From: Candidatus Thorarchaeota archaeon
GTDB taxonomy: Archaea; Asgardarchaeota; Thorarchaeia; Thorarchaeales; Thorarchaeaceae
Assembly (NCBI GenBank): GCA_020348985.1
Contig: CP070761.1
Span: forward strand, 2,571,912 to 2,635,911
Direction: 5' to 3'
DNA length: 64,000 nt
Under the pieces are notes generated by a model that saw nothing but the letters and a program-made list of their open reading frames with translations, had not been told where the DNA came from and searched no databases. Shown here one piece after another: positions 38,724-48,799 of the stretch (position 1 is its first letter; the number at the start of each line of letters is the position of its first letter). Position numbers and translations under genes: made by a program.

Positions 38724-39874
38724 CCTTCGAAGTATGCCTTCAACCTGTCAAATGCCTCGTCGACTGCCTCCGGTGTCAGAGGTCCGATAGAGAGTCTGAT
38801 GAATCCCTCACCTGACGTGCCAAACACACTTCCAGGCAAAACAAGAACCTCAGCGGTCTGCAGAATATCCAATACTAGTGATCTCGAATCTGTACATCCT
38901 TTCACCCTTGGAAACATATAGAATGTTCCTGCAGTCCGCACCGTCTCTAACGCCTCAATTTCGCTGATTCTAAGGTATGCCAAGTCTCTAAGGAGCTTCA
39001 GCTTCTGAATTTCCTCATCTATCTTCAGAAGTCCACTTTTTAGAACCTCAAGAGCAAGCATCTGACCAGCTGTTGGAGCACAAATTGTAATTGTATCCTG
39101 AACCTTGAGGAACTCCTTAGTGAAGTCCGGAGGTCCGACAACATATCCAACTCTCCACCCACTCATGCCGAAATCCTTTGAGAAGCTACCAAGTGTAATA
39201 ACATGTTTGCCAGCATCTCTTCGAGATCGAGGACTATAATGAATAGAATCATCGAAAGCCATTCGCGCGTAGGTTTCGTCGGTAATAAGCCAGAGATTCC
39301 GGTCAATACAGATGTCTGTGACTGCATCGATGGTCTCTCTGTCGTACACGGCTCCAGTGGGGTTGTTGGGAGTGATCAGAAGCACTGCACACGTTCTGTC
39401 ATCTATGGCAGCTTCGATATTCTCTACTTCTGGCTTGAAGCTACCGTTTACAGGGACCTCCTTGACATGACCGCCAAAAAGATTGACGGCCATTAGCGAA
39501 TTGAAATAATGTGGGCTTGGGATTACGATATTCTGACCAGTCAGCATTATTGTTAGAATAGTCCCAGCGAAGGCCGAGTTTGCTCCCGTCGTTACAACGA
39601 GCTCAGTTGAGGGGTCCACTTGAAGGCCCGAATTCTGTCGGAGGTAGATGGCAAGTTCCTCTCTCAGTTCTACCAATCCTGGATCAGGAGTGTATCTATG
39701 TGCAGAGGGATGCATTATCCGTTCTGTCAATATGTCGAGACAAGGCCTAGGGGGTATGTGTCCAGGAAGACCTTGGCCGAGATTGAGGAAGCTAGATGCA
39801 CCAATGTGTTTCTTGGCTGCCTCCTGTAGCTCTGCAATTGGTGGGGGCATTATGTCGCTCGTTCGAAATCTCAT
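38720..39874 (-). CDS. PLP-dependent aminotransferase class I/II
   Basis: PNNPTG, DETY and SFSKDFGMSGWRVG. Confidence 0.95.
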   Translation of the reverse strand: MRFRTSDIMPPPIAELQEAAKKHIGASSFLNLGQGLPGHIPPRPCLDILTERIMHPSAHRYTPDPGLVELREELAIYLRQNSGLQVDPSTELVVTTGANSAFAGTILTIMLTGQNIVIPSPHYFNSLMAVNLFGGHVKEVPVNGSFKPEVENIEAAIDDRTCAVLLITPNNPTGAVYDRETIDAVTDICIDRNLWLITDETYARMAFDDSIHYSPRSRRDAGKHVITLGSFSKDFGMSGWRVGYVVGPPDFTKEFLKVQDTITICAPTAGQMLALEVLKSGLLKIDEEIQKLKLLRDLAYLRISEIEALETVRTAGTFYMFPRVKGCTDSRSLVLDILQTAEVLVLPGSVFGTSGEGFIRLSIGPLTPEAVDEAFDRLKAYFEG

Positions 39875-40014
39875 GCTTTAGATTCTCCAGTCGTTCAACT
39901 TCTAGAGACTAGGTGTCCCTCAAACTGATAGAATTGGAGGTAGGCTGCATTACTGATAATGACTTCGATAGAAAGCGTTAAGAGCTCCTCGTTTTGGTGC
40001 GACTTTGTGATATA

Positions 40015-41406
40015 ATGAGTCCGCATCAGAAAGGCAGAGAAAAAGTAGCCCGAGCAGCAGCCCTATCGGTAGGTGCAGCCACACTCTTGACCATTCTGAA
40101 GTTAATTGCGGGCATAATAACTGGTTCCCTGGGCGTACTTTCAGAAGCACTTCACAGCGGCCTGGATTTGATTGCTGCAGGCATTACATTTCTTGCTGTG
40201 CGTAAGGCATCCGCTCTGCCTGATTACGATCACCAGTACGGACACGGCAAGATTGAGAATTTCGCTGCGCTTGCTGAAACAATCATCCTTTGGCTAACAT
40301 CCGCGTGGATTGTTCTTGAGGCAGTTAGAAGAATTCAGTATCAGGAATGGGTGGAAGGCAGTGTCATCGGAATTAGTGTTATGGTAGTGAGTATCATAGT
40401 AACAAGATGGCAAAGCAGTATGCTAAACCGAACTGCATCGGAGCACGGCAGCCAAGCACTTGAAGCTGATGCCCTCCATTTTGGTGCTGATATGATTAGC
40501 TCCATGGTCGTTCTAGCTGGGCTTGGGTTTGTGTATCTAGGCATTCCGATTGCTGACCCCATTGCGGCCATTGGAGTTGCTATTGTCATAGTTGTTGTAT
40601 CGTTTCAATTGGGGAGACGTGCGTTCGATATTCTCGTTGACAGCGCGCCACAGGGACTTAGGGAAAGGATAGAGGAGAAGGCATTGGCAGTTGATGGTGT
40701 TCATCACTGCAAACGTGTAAGAGCGAGGATGTCGGGCCCAGAGCTCTTCATAGACGTTGTGCTTGCAGTAGATGAGGGACATTCAGTGAGTGAAGCTAAG
40801 ACAATTGGCGAACTGGTGGAGAGGACTCTCGAAGATCTAGCGCCGAAAGTGGACGTGGTAGTTCAGCTTGAACCAATAGACTTGCCGAATGCGATTCTCG
40901 AAGACAACGTGTATTCAACCCTTCAGCAGTTGGCTAGAATGCGGTCAGACATCAAGAGCATTCACAATGTTAGTGTTCTTGTTATGATTGAGGGAACGCA
41001 CATAATTGCCGATTTGGAGATGGATGCGACTCTCACCCTAAACGAGGCTCATCAAACCTCAGAAGAGCTTGAGCATTCTATCAAGTCAAGTATACAGTCA
41101 ATCTCTCAAGTCACTTTTCACTTGGAGTCTGCCGGAAACGAAACTCCTGCACATGATATTACTGCGATAAGCGATGAGATGGTCCAGCAAATCGAAAGAA
41201 TCGTTGAATTGGAGACTCCAGCAGAAGAATGTCATGAAGTTAGAATCAGTGAAGACAAGCATGGATTAGTGGTGTCACTCGAGTGCGAATTGGATGGAAC
41301 GGCGACTCTTCAATTCAGCCATGAGGTTGCCGATCGTATAGAGCTTCTGGTCAAGAGGGCCTTTTCAAGGGTGAATGAAGTTATAGTCCATGTAGAGCCT
41401 CGTTGA
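40015..41406 (+). CDS. Cation diffusion facilitator with three C-terminal metal-binding/dimerisation domains
   Basis: HSGLD, YGHGKIE and ADALHF.AD; three domains ending VQLEP, FHLES and VHVEP. Confidence 0.9.
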   Translation: MSPHQKGREKVARAAALSVGAATLLTILKLIAGIITGSLGVLSEALHSGLDLIAAGITFLAVRKASALPDYDHQYGHGKIENFAALAETIILWLTSAWIVLEAVRRIQYQEWVEGSVIGISVMVVSIIVTRWQSSMLNRTASEHGSQALEADALHFGADMISSMVVLAGLGFVYLGIPIADPIAAIGVAIVIVVVSFQLGRRAFDILVDSAPQGLRERIEEKALAVDGVHHCKRVRARMSGPELFIDVVLAVDEGHSVSEAKTIGELVERTLEDLAPKVDVVVQLEPIDLPNAILEDNVYSTLQQLARMRSDIKSIHNVSVLVMIEGTHIIADLEMDATLTLNEAHQTSEELEHSIKSSIQSISQVTFHLESAGNETPAHDITAISDEMVQQIERIVELETPAEECHEVRISEDKHGLVVSLECELDGTATLQFSHEVADRIELLVKRAFSRVNEVIVHVEPR

Positions 41407-41456
41407 CTCAAAGTTAATAATCGACCCAACCCTTCATGAAATGGGGTTCTAGTGTA

Positions 41457-42242
41457 ATGGATGAGGAATGTGAAGCGAAAATCCTGGGTTCTCCAGAGGC
41501 GAAAGTCGTACAAACCAAGGAGGTAGACGTAGAGCAGCCCTTGCTAGTGTGCTGTTTCCCTTCAGCGGGAGTTGTGGGAACAATCGCGGCCAACACAATC
41601 ATCGAGCAATTCGATATGGAGGAGATTGCTCATGTCAGATCCAGGTACATGCCTTCAGCAGCAGTCTTCATGGACGGCAGACTGCGTCATCCTTTCAGAA
41701 TCTACGGAAAGCCTGAGAGGAATCTTCTCGTAGTGACTGCAGAGCTTCCTATTGCTGAAGATGGACTCTACTACGTAAGCTCGGCACTTCTTGACTGGGC
41801 AGCGAGCATAGGTGTCAAAGAGACAGTGATTCTTGATGGAATCCCCGTGCAGGGGATTCCTCTGGAGCGCAAAGTCTTGTATGCCGCTGAAGAGGAGAAG
41901 CTTGCGGATCTGGAAGGCGACGAGCATTTGGAGATTCTGCAGAAGGGGGTCATTTCGGGAATCGCAGGTTCCATCTTGACAGAGACACTCTGCAGAGCCA
42001 TGATAGGATTTGCTTTGTTGACTCCCGCAATCGCTGTTGTTCCCGATCCAGAAGGAGCCATATTGCTGCTTCAGGCACTAAACAGACTATATGACTTTGG
42101 TGTGGAAGTTAGCGAATTGCAGGAGAGTGCCGACAACATCAGGAAAAAGATGGAAGAAATGGCACAGCAAGTTGATGGAATACGCAGAAGCCAGACAGGG
42201 GCTAGCCGGCACTCCGACGCTTATGAGAGAATGTTCGCTTGA
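41457..42242 (+). CDS. PAC2-family proteasome assembly chaperone
   Basis: FPSAGVVGTIA, PFRIY, G.ISGIAG and PDPEGA. Confidence 0.9.
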   Translation: MDEECEAKILGSPEAKVVQTKEVDVEQPLLVCCFPSAGVVGTIAANTIIEQFDMEEIAHVRSRYMPSAAVFMDGRLRHPFRIYGKPERNLLVVTAELPIAEDGLYYVSSALLDWAASIGVKETVILDGIPVQGIPLERKVLYAAEEEKLADLEGDEHLEILQKGVISGIAGSILTETLCRAMIGFALLTPAIAVVPDPEGAILLLQALNRLYDFGVEVSELQESADNIRKKMEEMAQQVDGIRRSQTGASRHSDAYERMFA

Positions 42243-42248
42243 GGAGAC

Positions 42249-42806
42249 CTAATCAGAACAGGTATCATAGGCTTCCTTAGCGCCCTCTGCATTCTTTTCG
42301 CCCACTTTGCCGGACCACTTCTCAGTTATCACTTTCTGAATGGTCTCCAACTTCACTAGACCTGTAGCCTTCGCAAATGCACCCAGCATTGTGGTGTTTA
42401 CAACAGGCAAGCCCGCAACTAGAAGCCCATGTTTCAGTGCGATTCCAGTGCCATCGTAGGTGTAGACATGCCCCTTCGGAAGATCGATTTCGCTTGCACT
42501 CTTCGGGGAATTGATGACTATCTTCCCACCTTCTTTCAGTCCTTCCGCGACATCGATTACATCAATTATCGATTCGTCAAGCACCGTAACGATATCTGGG
42601 GTGTACACCTGGCTTCGGACGTTGACCTCTTCATCAGAGATTCGAGTGAAAGCTCTCACAGGTGCCCCTCTTCTCTCGGCCCCAAAATAGGGGAATGCTT
42701 GCACCCCCTTGTAACCATCGTAGTAGGCAGCTTTCGCAAGTAGTTCGGCGGACGTTACGCCACCTTGCCCGCCGCGCCCGTGCCATCTAATCTCAATCAT
42801 CGGCAT
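42249..42806 (-). CDS. porG: Pyruvate/2-oxoacid:ferredoxin oxidoreductase gamma subunit
   Basis: EIRWHGRGGQG, FPYFGAERRGAPV and NTTMLGA. Confidence 0.93.
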   Translation of the reverse strand: MPMIEIRWHGRGGQGGVTSAELLAKAAYYDGYKGVQAFPYFGAERRGAPVRAFTRISDEEVNVRSQVYTPDIVTVLDESIIDVIDVAEGLKEGGKIVINSPKSASEIDLPKGHVYTYDGTGIALKHGLLVAGLPVVNTTMLGAFAKATGLVKLETIQKVITEKWSGKVGEKNAEGAKEAYDTCSD

Positions 42807-42909
42807 TGGGATAGCTCCTTGTGATCTCCCTCAGTCAACCTGACGCCGACATCGGCAAGACAAAACCTTTTCGCTGTACGTTTGCTAGACCACATGAAGA
42901 GGCTGAGGA

Positions 42910-43392
42910 ATGAACATTCTGTTTGTGTGTACAGGGAACACAGGTCGTAGCGTCATGAGTGAGGCAATCTTCAATTCGCTGGCAATCGAGAATGAAGACA
43001 TGCACGTAGGACGAGTTCACGCGCAATCGGCCGGTGTGAATGCTAGCATGGGAAAAGAACCAGAGAACCTTGCTGTGGAAATAATGGCCGAACACGGTAT
43101 CGATATCAGACAGCACACCTCAAGACCAGTTACCCTCGAGCTTATACAAGATTCAGATTTGGTTTTGACACTCGAACAAAGACACAAGGACATCATTCTG
43201 GAAATGCTCAAAGACGAGAATCAGGACATGCGTGACAAGGTATGCACATTGACAGGCTATGTAGGGGAGTCAGGAGATGTTGAGGACTGCTATGGTAAGG
43301 AGTTTCAAGCTTACAAACAATGTGCGGACAGACTCACTCATCTCATCACCAACCTGATCAGGAAGCTCAGCCAGGAATCCTCGTGTACCTGA
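42910..43392 (+). CDS. Low-molecular-weight protein phosphatase (LMW-PTP/YwlE-like)
   Basis: LFVCTGNTGRS P-loop, SAG and DVEDCYG. Confidence 0.9.
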   Translation: MNILFVCTGNTGRSVMSEAIFNSLAIENEDMHVGRVHAQSAGVNASMGKEPENLAVEIMAEHGIDIRQHTSRPVTLELIQDSDLVLTLEQRHKDIILEMLKDENQDMRDKVCTLTGYVGESGDVEDCYGKEFQAYKQCADRLTHLITNLIRKLSQESSCT

Positions 43393-43403
43393 GAAGGCTG
43401 GCT

Positions 43404-44777
43404 CTAATCGCCAATTCGTTTAAAGAGAGTTTTCGCAACTCCTTCTGCCGAGTTGGCTGCCTGTTGGAGGCCAACTCCCTCCCCTGCAGTATCCGTCCCC
43501 ACGATGTAGAGACCTTCTATTGGGGTCTCAGGACCAGGTCTATCTAAAGCAGTCTGGCCTGGAATCAGTGCAGCCCTTGTGGCGTATGACACTTGAACGT
43601 GTTGCATCTCAATGTGGTCAAGTATCTCGGGATGGACAATGCGAAGAACCTTTTCTCTAACTTCCTCAACTTTGGCCTCTCTTGTTTCATCTTCCCGAAT
43701 GACTGTAGCTACTCCAACAAGCTCCTTGCCTTTGGGAGCGCAGGAGGGATCAAAGCTCGACAGAGAGATGATCCATGTATTTGGGTTGGGGTGAACGATA
43801 ACTCTTGACTTGCGGTCACCAATCACGACTTCACTCAGACCAAGCCATATCGTCAGGCCTTTGGTGTATTTCATGTTGGACCACTTCTTGAAGAACTCTT
43901 GGTCCTCGGTACGGTCTGAGTCTACAATTCCTGGCATGAACCATAACGGAATGTTGCTAACAATGAAGGGGTGTTGAAACTCACGACCGCCTGCAACGAA
44001 ATGACTAACCTTCCCATCCCGAGCAACGATTCTCTCCACTGGGACATTTAGGACATAGTCACCACTGATGGCATCTACAACACGTTCGACTAGATTCTGC
44101 ATTCCCCCGATGACATATCCTTCATCATATTCACTAGAACCAAAAATCAATCTCTTTGCAGAGCCAAGTTTGGATGATTCTTTATCGGTATCCTTCAGCG
44201 TGCGCAAGGCTTCGTATGCGGAAGCTTCGTCTATTGGCACACCAGCAGCCATGAAGATTGCACTCTGCATCACATCAAGTATAACCTGGTTATCGGCGCC
44301 CCGTGACATCATGAATTCGAGAAAAGTGATGTCCTTGTACTTGCGCATTTCTTCCAATTTCATAGTCTTGATTCTAGCACCAATTCTTGCAAGCCCAAGT
44401 CGACCTCGAAGATCGGTGAGTGGCCATCTCAGGGTTTCGCCTATGGTTGATGGAATTGTCCCCACCTTATCGTGGACTCTGAAAAACCATCCTTCATGTA
44501 ACACAAACTCGGGAGGAGGATCCAAGTAGGTACGCAGAAACCTAGTAAAAGCTCCGTGTTTCACTCTGGTAATGACATGCAGGCCTTGATCTACACGAAA
44601 ATCGCCCACGCGATAGCCGTGCCAAACTCCACCCAGGCGGCTCTCTTTCTCAAGAATCAGTATTCTCTTCCCGTTGGCCGAAAGAGCAAGGGAAGTGAGC
44701 AGACCTCCTGCGCCAGCACCAAGAACAACTGCGTCGTATTTGCTGACATCAATTTCGTCAATGGAGGTTTGTTGCAT
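43404..44777 (-). CDS. FAD-dependent oxidoreductase (phytoene desaturase-like family)
   Basis: GAGAGG, LEK...LGG, DQGLH, GGMQ, APKGK and TPIEGLYIVG. Confidence 0.88.
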   Translation of the reverse strand: MQQTSIDEIDVSKYDAVVLGAGAGGLLTSLALSANGKRILILEKESRLGGVWHGYRVGDFRVDQGLHVITRVKHGAFTRFLRTYLDPPPEFVLHEGWFFRVHDKVGTIPSTIGETLRWPLTDLRGRLGLARIGARIKTMKLEEMRKYKDITFLEFMMSRGADNQVILDVMQSAIFMAAGVPIDEASAYEALRTLKDTDKESSKLGSAKRLIFGSSEYDEGYVIGGMQNLVERVVDAISGDYVLNVPVERIVARDGKVSHFVAGGREFQHPFIVSNIPLWFMPGIVDSDRTEDQEFFKKWSNMKYTKGLTIWLGLSEVVIGDRKSRVIVHPNPNTWIISLSSFDPSCAPKGKELVGVATVIREDETREAKVEEVREKVLRIVHPEILDHIEMQHVQVSYATRAALIPGQTALDRPGPETPIEGLYIVGTDTAGEGVGLQQAANSAEGVAKTLFKRIGD

Positions 44778-44851
44778 GGCCTACTCAGCTCAATGGGACT
44801 GAGTTTCCTACTTAAGGATGACTCAATATTTCTGGATGTCTACTGGCTTTG

Positions 44852-45955
44852 CTATAGCTGTTCAACACAGCGGGATTCACTTGACGATCGATAGGCGGCA
44901 TCCACAACTTTGTGTGCGGCGATAGCATCCATGAAGTCAGGACTTGGTGCGTTGCCCGATAGGATTGCCTTCAGAAACGAGTATGATAGAGCCGCATATC
45001 TCTCGCTGCCGACCTCAGTCAATACCTCAACAACGTCTGGCGATAGCTTCTTCTCAACAAGACCAAGATGATTCAGAAGTGTTGATCTCGTTTCGATCTC
45101 GGAAACACGTACAGGACTCTGTCCCTGAAGCTGATAGTCAAGGAATCGTTTCTCGGACTCCAGGGCTATTCCCATGTACCCCTTTTCGAAGAAGAACTCG
45201 ATTCTTCTTTCATTTGGTCGTTCGACCCAGTGCCAGATAGAGTCCAGAGTGCTGACGGCTCCATCTTTATGAGTCATGATGAGTGAAGCTTGGTCTTCCA
45301 CTTCTCTCCCAGCAAAGAAACCAATCTTGGCATAAACACTCTCAACATCACCCAGAAACCATTGAAGAATATCTATGTCGTGAATACTGTGTTCAATCAA
45401 GGTTCCTCCGCCCGCGATCGATCGGTCGCCTCGCCATTTGGAGTAGTAGATATAGTCGACCGGAAAGCGCTGATCATCACGAATATGCGCCAATATGGGT
45501 TTGCCAAAGTCATGCTTGGCCAAGAGATTCTTCGCGTAGAGCAGAAGCTGGTCCAAGCGTAGTACCAACCCGACGCCAGCCATGACGCCAGCATCCTTTG
45601 TTACCATAAGAAGCTCTCTAGCTTGTGGAGTGCTATGAGCAAGGGGTTTCTCGCAAAAGACATGCTTGCCAGCCTTCGCAGTCGCTTTTACCATATCGCC
45701 GTGTTTGCTAGTGGGGGTGCACACGTATACAATGTTAACCCCCTCATCATTGATTAGACCCTCATAGTCCTCATAGACGGTCTCAACTCCGAAGAGTTCA
45801 GCTGCTTCTTTGAGAGACTTTGGGTCGCTGTCACAGAGCGCAGAGATTTGAACATTGACCAGCCCAGCCTCAATCAGAGAAGAAATACCAGTAAGATGGA
45901 TCCTGCCTACGTTCCCAGTTCCTATAAGCCCAAGCCCAATTCGTTCCTTGGTCAC
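44852..45955 (-). CDS. Gfo/Idh/MocA oxidoreductase
   Basis: IGTGNVG, CEKP and GGG.LIEHSIHDID. Confidence 0.93.
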   Translation of the reverse strand: MTKERIGLGLIGTGNVGRIHLTGISSLIEAGLVNVQISALCDSDPKSLKEAAELFGVETVYEDYEGLINDEGVNIVYVCTPTSKHGDMVKATAKAGKHVFCEKPLAHSTPQARELLMVTKDAGVMAGVGLVLRLDQLLLYAKNLLAKHDFGKPILAHIRDDQRFPVDYIYYSKWRGDRSIAGGGTLIEHSIHDIDILQWFLGDVESVYAKIGFFAGREVEDQASLIMTHKDGAVSTLDSIWHWVERPNERRIEFFFEKGYMGIALESEKRFLDYQLQGQSPVRVSEIETRSTLLNHLGLVEKKLSPDVVEVLTEVGSERYAALSYSFLKAILSGNAPSPDFMDAIAAHKVVDAAYRSSSESRCVEQL

Positions 45956-46107
45956 CGGCTCTCCACTACCGGAAGTGACTTTGGTTTTGTTCTATTTGAG
46001 TCTTCTCTGAGATGCATCAAGAACAGAACCCGGGCAATACAATGGAATTAATATACAGTCTCACTTGATTCGAACAAGCGCAGAATAACAGGCCAGGTGG
46101 TTCACGG

Positions 46108-47946
46108 GTGGCTTCTGAACAAGAACGGCTCAAACAGGCAAGAGAAGAGCTAGGCAAAGGAAACAGAGAAGCCGCCGCCAAGATTCTGATCGAGGTTGCT
46201 GACAAGCTGTCTGGTCAGGGAGACTACAAGGGAGCAGCTGGAATCTATGAGGAGGCAGCCCAAATCTATCGTGAGAACTACATGGCCGACGAGTGTTTTC
46301 AGAGCTTTGACAATGCAATACTCATGTATGTGAGACAGGGATCCGAGCCTGAGACCCTAAAGGAGATTGTCAGAGTAGCCAAAATGGCTGCCAACATTGC
46401 CGAAGAGGCAGAAGAGTTCAAGAGAGCAGCAGACTATTACTTCCGTGGAACAGACTTTGCTACTGATGAAGAGAAGGAACCTCTTCTCATTGGTGCAGCT
46501 GATGCCTTGGAGAATCTTGCTGACGTCCGGGAGGAGGAGGGTAGATTCGAAGATGCAGTCTCTCTACTCAAAAAGGTAGGGAGGTTGTTCTTTTCAGTTC
46601 AAGATGAGGAGCTCGGAGAGAGGATTTACGAGCGAGCAATCAAATTGGCACATCAATGGGCTGATACCGCAAAGGGAGACAAGGATTACGTATCTGCTGG
46701 GAACGCACTAGCAGAAGCTGCACAAATCATGCAGTCGAGGGGCGAGTCGCCCGAATCTCCTCGGCTTCTTATGGCCGCTGGGGGGCTATACGAGCAGGCA
46801 GGGCTTCTGGAGAAGGCAGGAAACATCTATGATGCTGCCCGAGAGGCCTATGTAGCTTTGAGAAATACCTCAGCCAGAAAGATGGCCATGACTAAAGCTG
46901 CAGAAGCATATCTGAAAATGGAGGGCAGACAGGAGATTGTAGCTCCTCTACTAATGAAAGCAGGTGCACTGTTCAAGGAGTTGGGGAGTGTCAAGGCCAA
47001 ATGGGCGTACAAACGGGCGAATGAAATCTTCCAAGAGCTTGCTTCGAAGGCTGCCAAAGATGGTGAAACAGAATCTGAGAAGACGTATCTCAGATACAGG
47101 GCAATGTGCCTTAGGGAGTGGGGAAGCCTCGATGAGGCTGAAGCAGTCTACAGAACCGTTATTGACTACTTCCTAACCCAGGCAAAGAACGAGGCAGAGC
47201 AAGGAAACAAGGAGAATCAGGCAGTTTCCTTGGAAGAGGCCGCGAAGGTCTTGCTTGAATCGGGTCAGGAGGGTGAAGCTAGAACACGTCTCGAAGAGGC
47301 TCTTGGCATATACGTTGATCTGGCAGAAGAGGCTGCAGAAGGAGAACAGCCTGACGAAGCCTCAAAACACTATAGCAAGGCTGCAACATGTGCCATGAAT
47401 CTTGGCAACAATGAAAGAGCTGCCGAATTACACGAAGTAGCAAGTGAGAAAGCTCTGAGGGCAGCCAAACTCTACGAAGAACTTGATGTCGGCGAGTTGG
47501 CTGTCATCTGGATAAGGACAGCTGGCATGGAAGCACTGAAGACTAACAATCCGGAGTTCGTTGACAAAGCTATTGGCCTATTTCGTCAATCATCTGCCGG
47601 CTTCGAGAAGATAAAGGAACCACGAGAGGCCTTTGAAGATATCTTCACGATTTTCGAGACTTTGTTCCTTCATAGACCTGATGCACGTTCTGAAATATCG
47701 GCAGTTCTTCTGGACGCAGAACAAATCTCACGACACACGCGTGATGACCGCCTAATGGTCTTGAGTGCGATTCTCATTGCATTAGACAGTGGAAGTCACG
47801 TGGCTGCGCTTCTTGCACTGCAGGAGAGAGAGGAAGAACTAGCAGACAAACGAGATAGGATAGTCAAACTGATAGAACAGTCGAAGTTGGTCAGAAAGAC
47901 CGAGACTGAAAAGGCCAAAGGCCGCACACACTGGCTTTACAAGTGA
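46108..47946 (+). CDS. Long alpha-SNAP/TPR-like alpha-solenoid protein
   Basis: Repeated AA..YEEAA / AADYY / AG..YEQAG helical hairpins over 612 aa. Confidence 0.75.
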   Translation: MASEQERLKQAREELGKGNREAAAKILIEVADKLSGQGDYKGAAGIYEEAAQIYRENYMADECFQSFDNAILMYVRQGSEPETLKEIVRVAKMAANIAEEAEEFKRAADYYFRGTDFATDEEKEPLLIGAADALENLADVREEEGRFEDAVSLLKKVGRLFFSVQDEELGERIYERAIKLAHQWADTAKGDKDYVSAGNALAEAAQIMQSRGESPESPRLLMAAGGLYEQAGLLEKAGNIYDAAREAYVALRNTSARKMAMTKAAEAYLKMEGRQEIVAPLLMKAGALFKELGSVKAKWAYKRANEIFQELASKAAKDGETESEKTYLRYRAMCLREWGSLDEAEAVYRTVIDYFLTQAKNEAEQGNKENQAVSLEEAAKVLLESGQEGEARTRLEEALGIYVDLAEEAAEGEQPDEASKHYSKAATCAMNLGNNERAAELHEVASEKALRAAKLYEELDVGELAVIWIRTAGMEALKTNNPEFVDKAIGLFRQSSAGFEKIKEPREAFEDIFTIFETLFLHRPDARSEISAVLLDAEQISRHTRDDRLMVLSAILIALDSGSHVAALLALQEREEELADKRDRIVKLIEQSKLVRKTETEKAKGRTHWLYK

Positions 47947-48034
47947 AGGTATCATCCGAATCCGACCCGAAGTACCAGAGATCAAGCAGAAGCGTTATCA
48001 CAACCAAGTATCAACGCATTAGGTGTGGAACGCA

Positions 48035-48454
48035 ATGAGTGTATACCAAGACAGGATTAGTCTTCAGACTAAAGGCAATAGCCACATGTTAGACATAACA
48101 AATCAGACGGAACGAATTGTGAGTGAAAGTGGTTTGCGGTCGGGAATCTGTACAGTATTCTGTGTTGGTTCGACAGGATCCATCATCACAATCGAGTTCG
48201 AAGGTGGGCTGATAAAGGACTTTCCAGAAGCCATGGAGAGAATTGCTCCAGAAGGCGCATCGTACGAGCACGAATTGCGATGGCATGATGGAAACGGGCA
48301 CTCTCACGTAAAAGCCTCGATAATCGGACCGAGTCTTACCGTTCCGTTTACAGATGGCAAGCTTACTTTGGGTACATGGCAGCAAATCGCGTTTGTAGAT
48401 TTTGATAGCAAACCAAGAAGTAGAAATCTTGAGGTCACTGTTCTGGGAGAGTAG
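48035..48454 (+). CDS. yjbQ: YjbQ/UPF0047 protein
   Basis: DIT, GSTGSI..IE, DGNGHSH.KAS and LGTWQQI. Confidence 0.92.
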   Translation: MSVYQDRISLQTKGNSHMLDITNQTERIVSESGLRSGICTVFCVGSTGSIITIEFEGGLIKDFPEAMERIAPEGASYEHELRWHDGNGHSHVKASIIGPSLTVPFTDGKLTLGTWQQIAFVDFDSKPRSRNLEVTVLGE

Positions 48455-48724
48455 CTAGAATAGTTCTGGTTCTCTGTCTAGGTCCCATGAAAGTTCTCTT
48501 GTGCTTGAAGTGGGCGTTGATTCACGTATCTTCAGCGCCAGATAATGAATCCGAAGAGCCCGTCGAAGTCTATGCAGGTGGTATGGGGCGTTCCATCCAG
48601 GAGGACCCGTTTTGTAACTTATCGAATCGCAAAAATCTCGAATCGTGTCCAGCTCTTTTTTTACGTGAGCCTTGATGTCCTCGAGGTCGCGATCGATTGT
48701 TAATGCAGAATAATCATCTGACAT
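48455..48724 (-). CDS. Small hypothetical protein
   Basis: ORF fills the gap downstream of nob1; probable start MSDDY. Confidence 0.5.
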   Translation of the reverse strand: MSDDYSALTIDRDLEDIKAHVKKELDTIRDFCDSISYKTGPPGWNAPYHLHRLRRALRIHYLALKIRESTPTSSTRELSWDLDREPELF

Positions 48725-48799
48725 CGTGGATTCCTCTATCAGAGGAACGGTGAAAGATGAGCAGATAACTAGGAGTATCACATGGGTATTACTACAATC

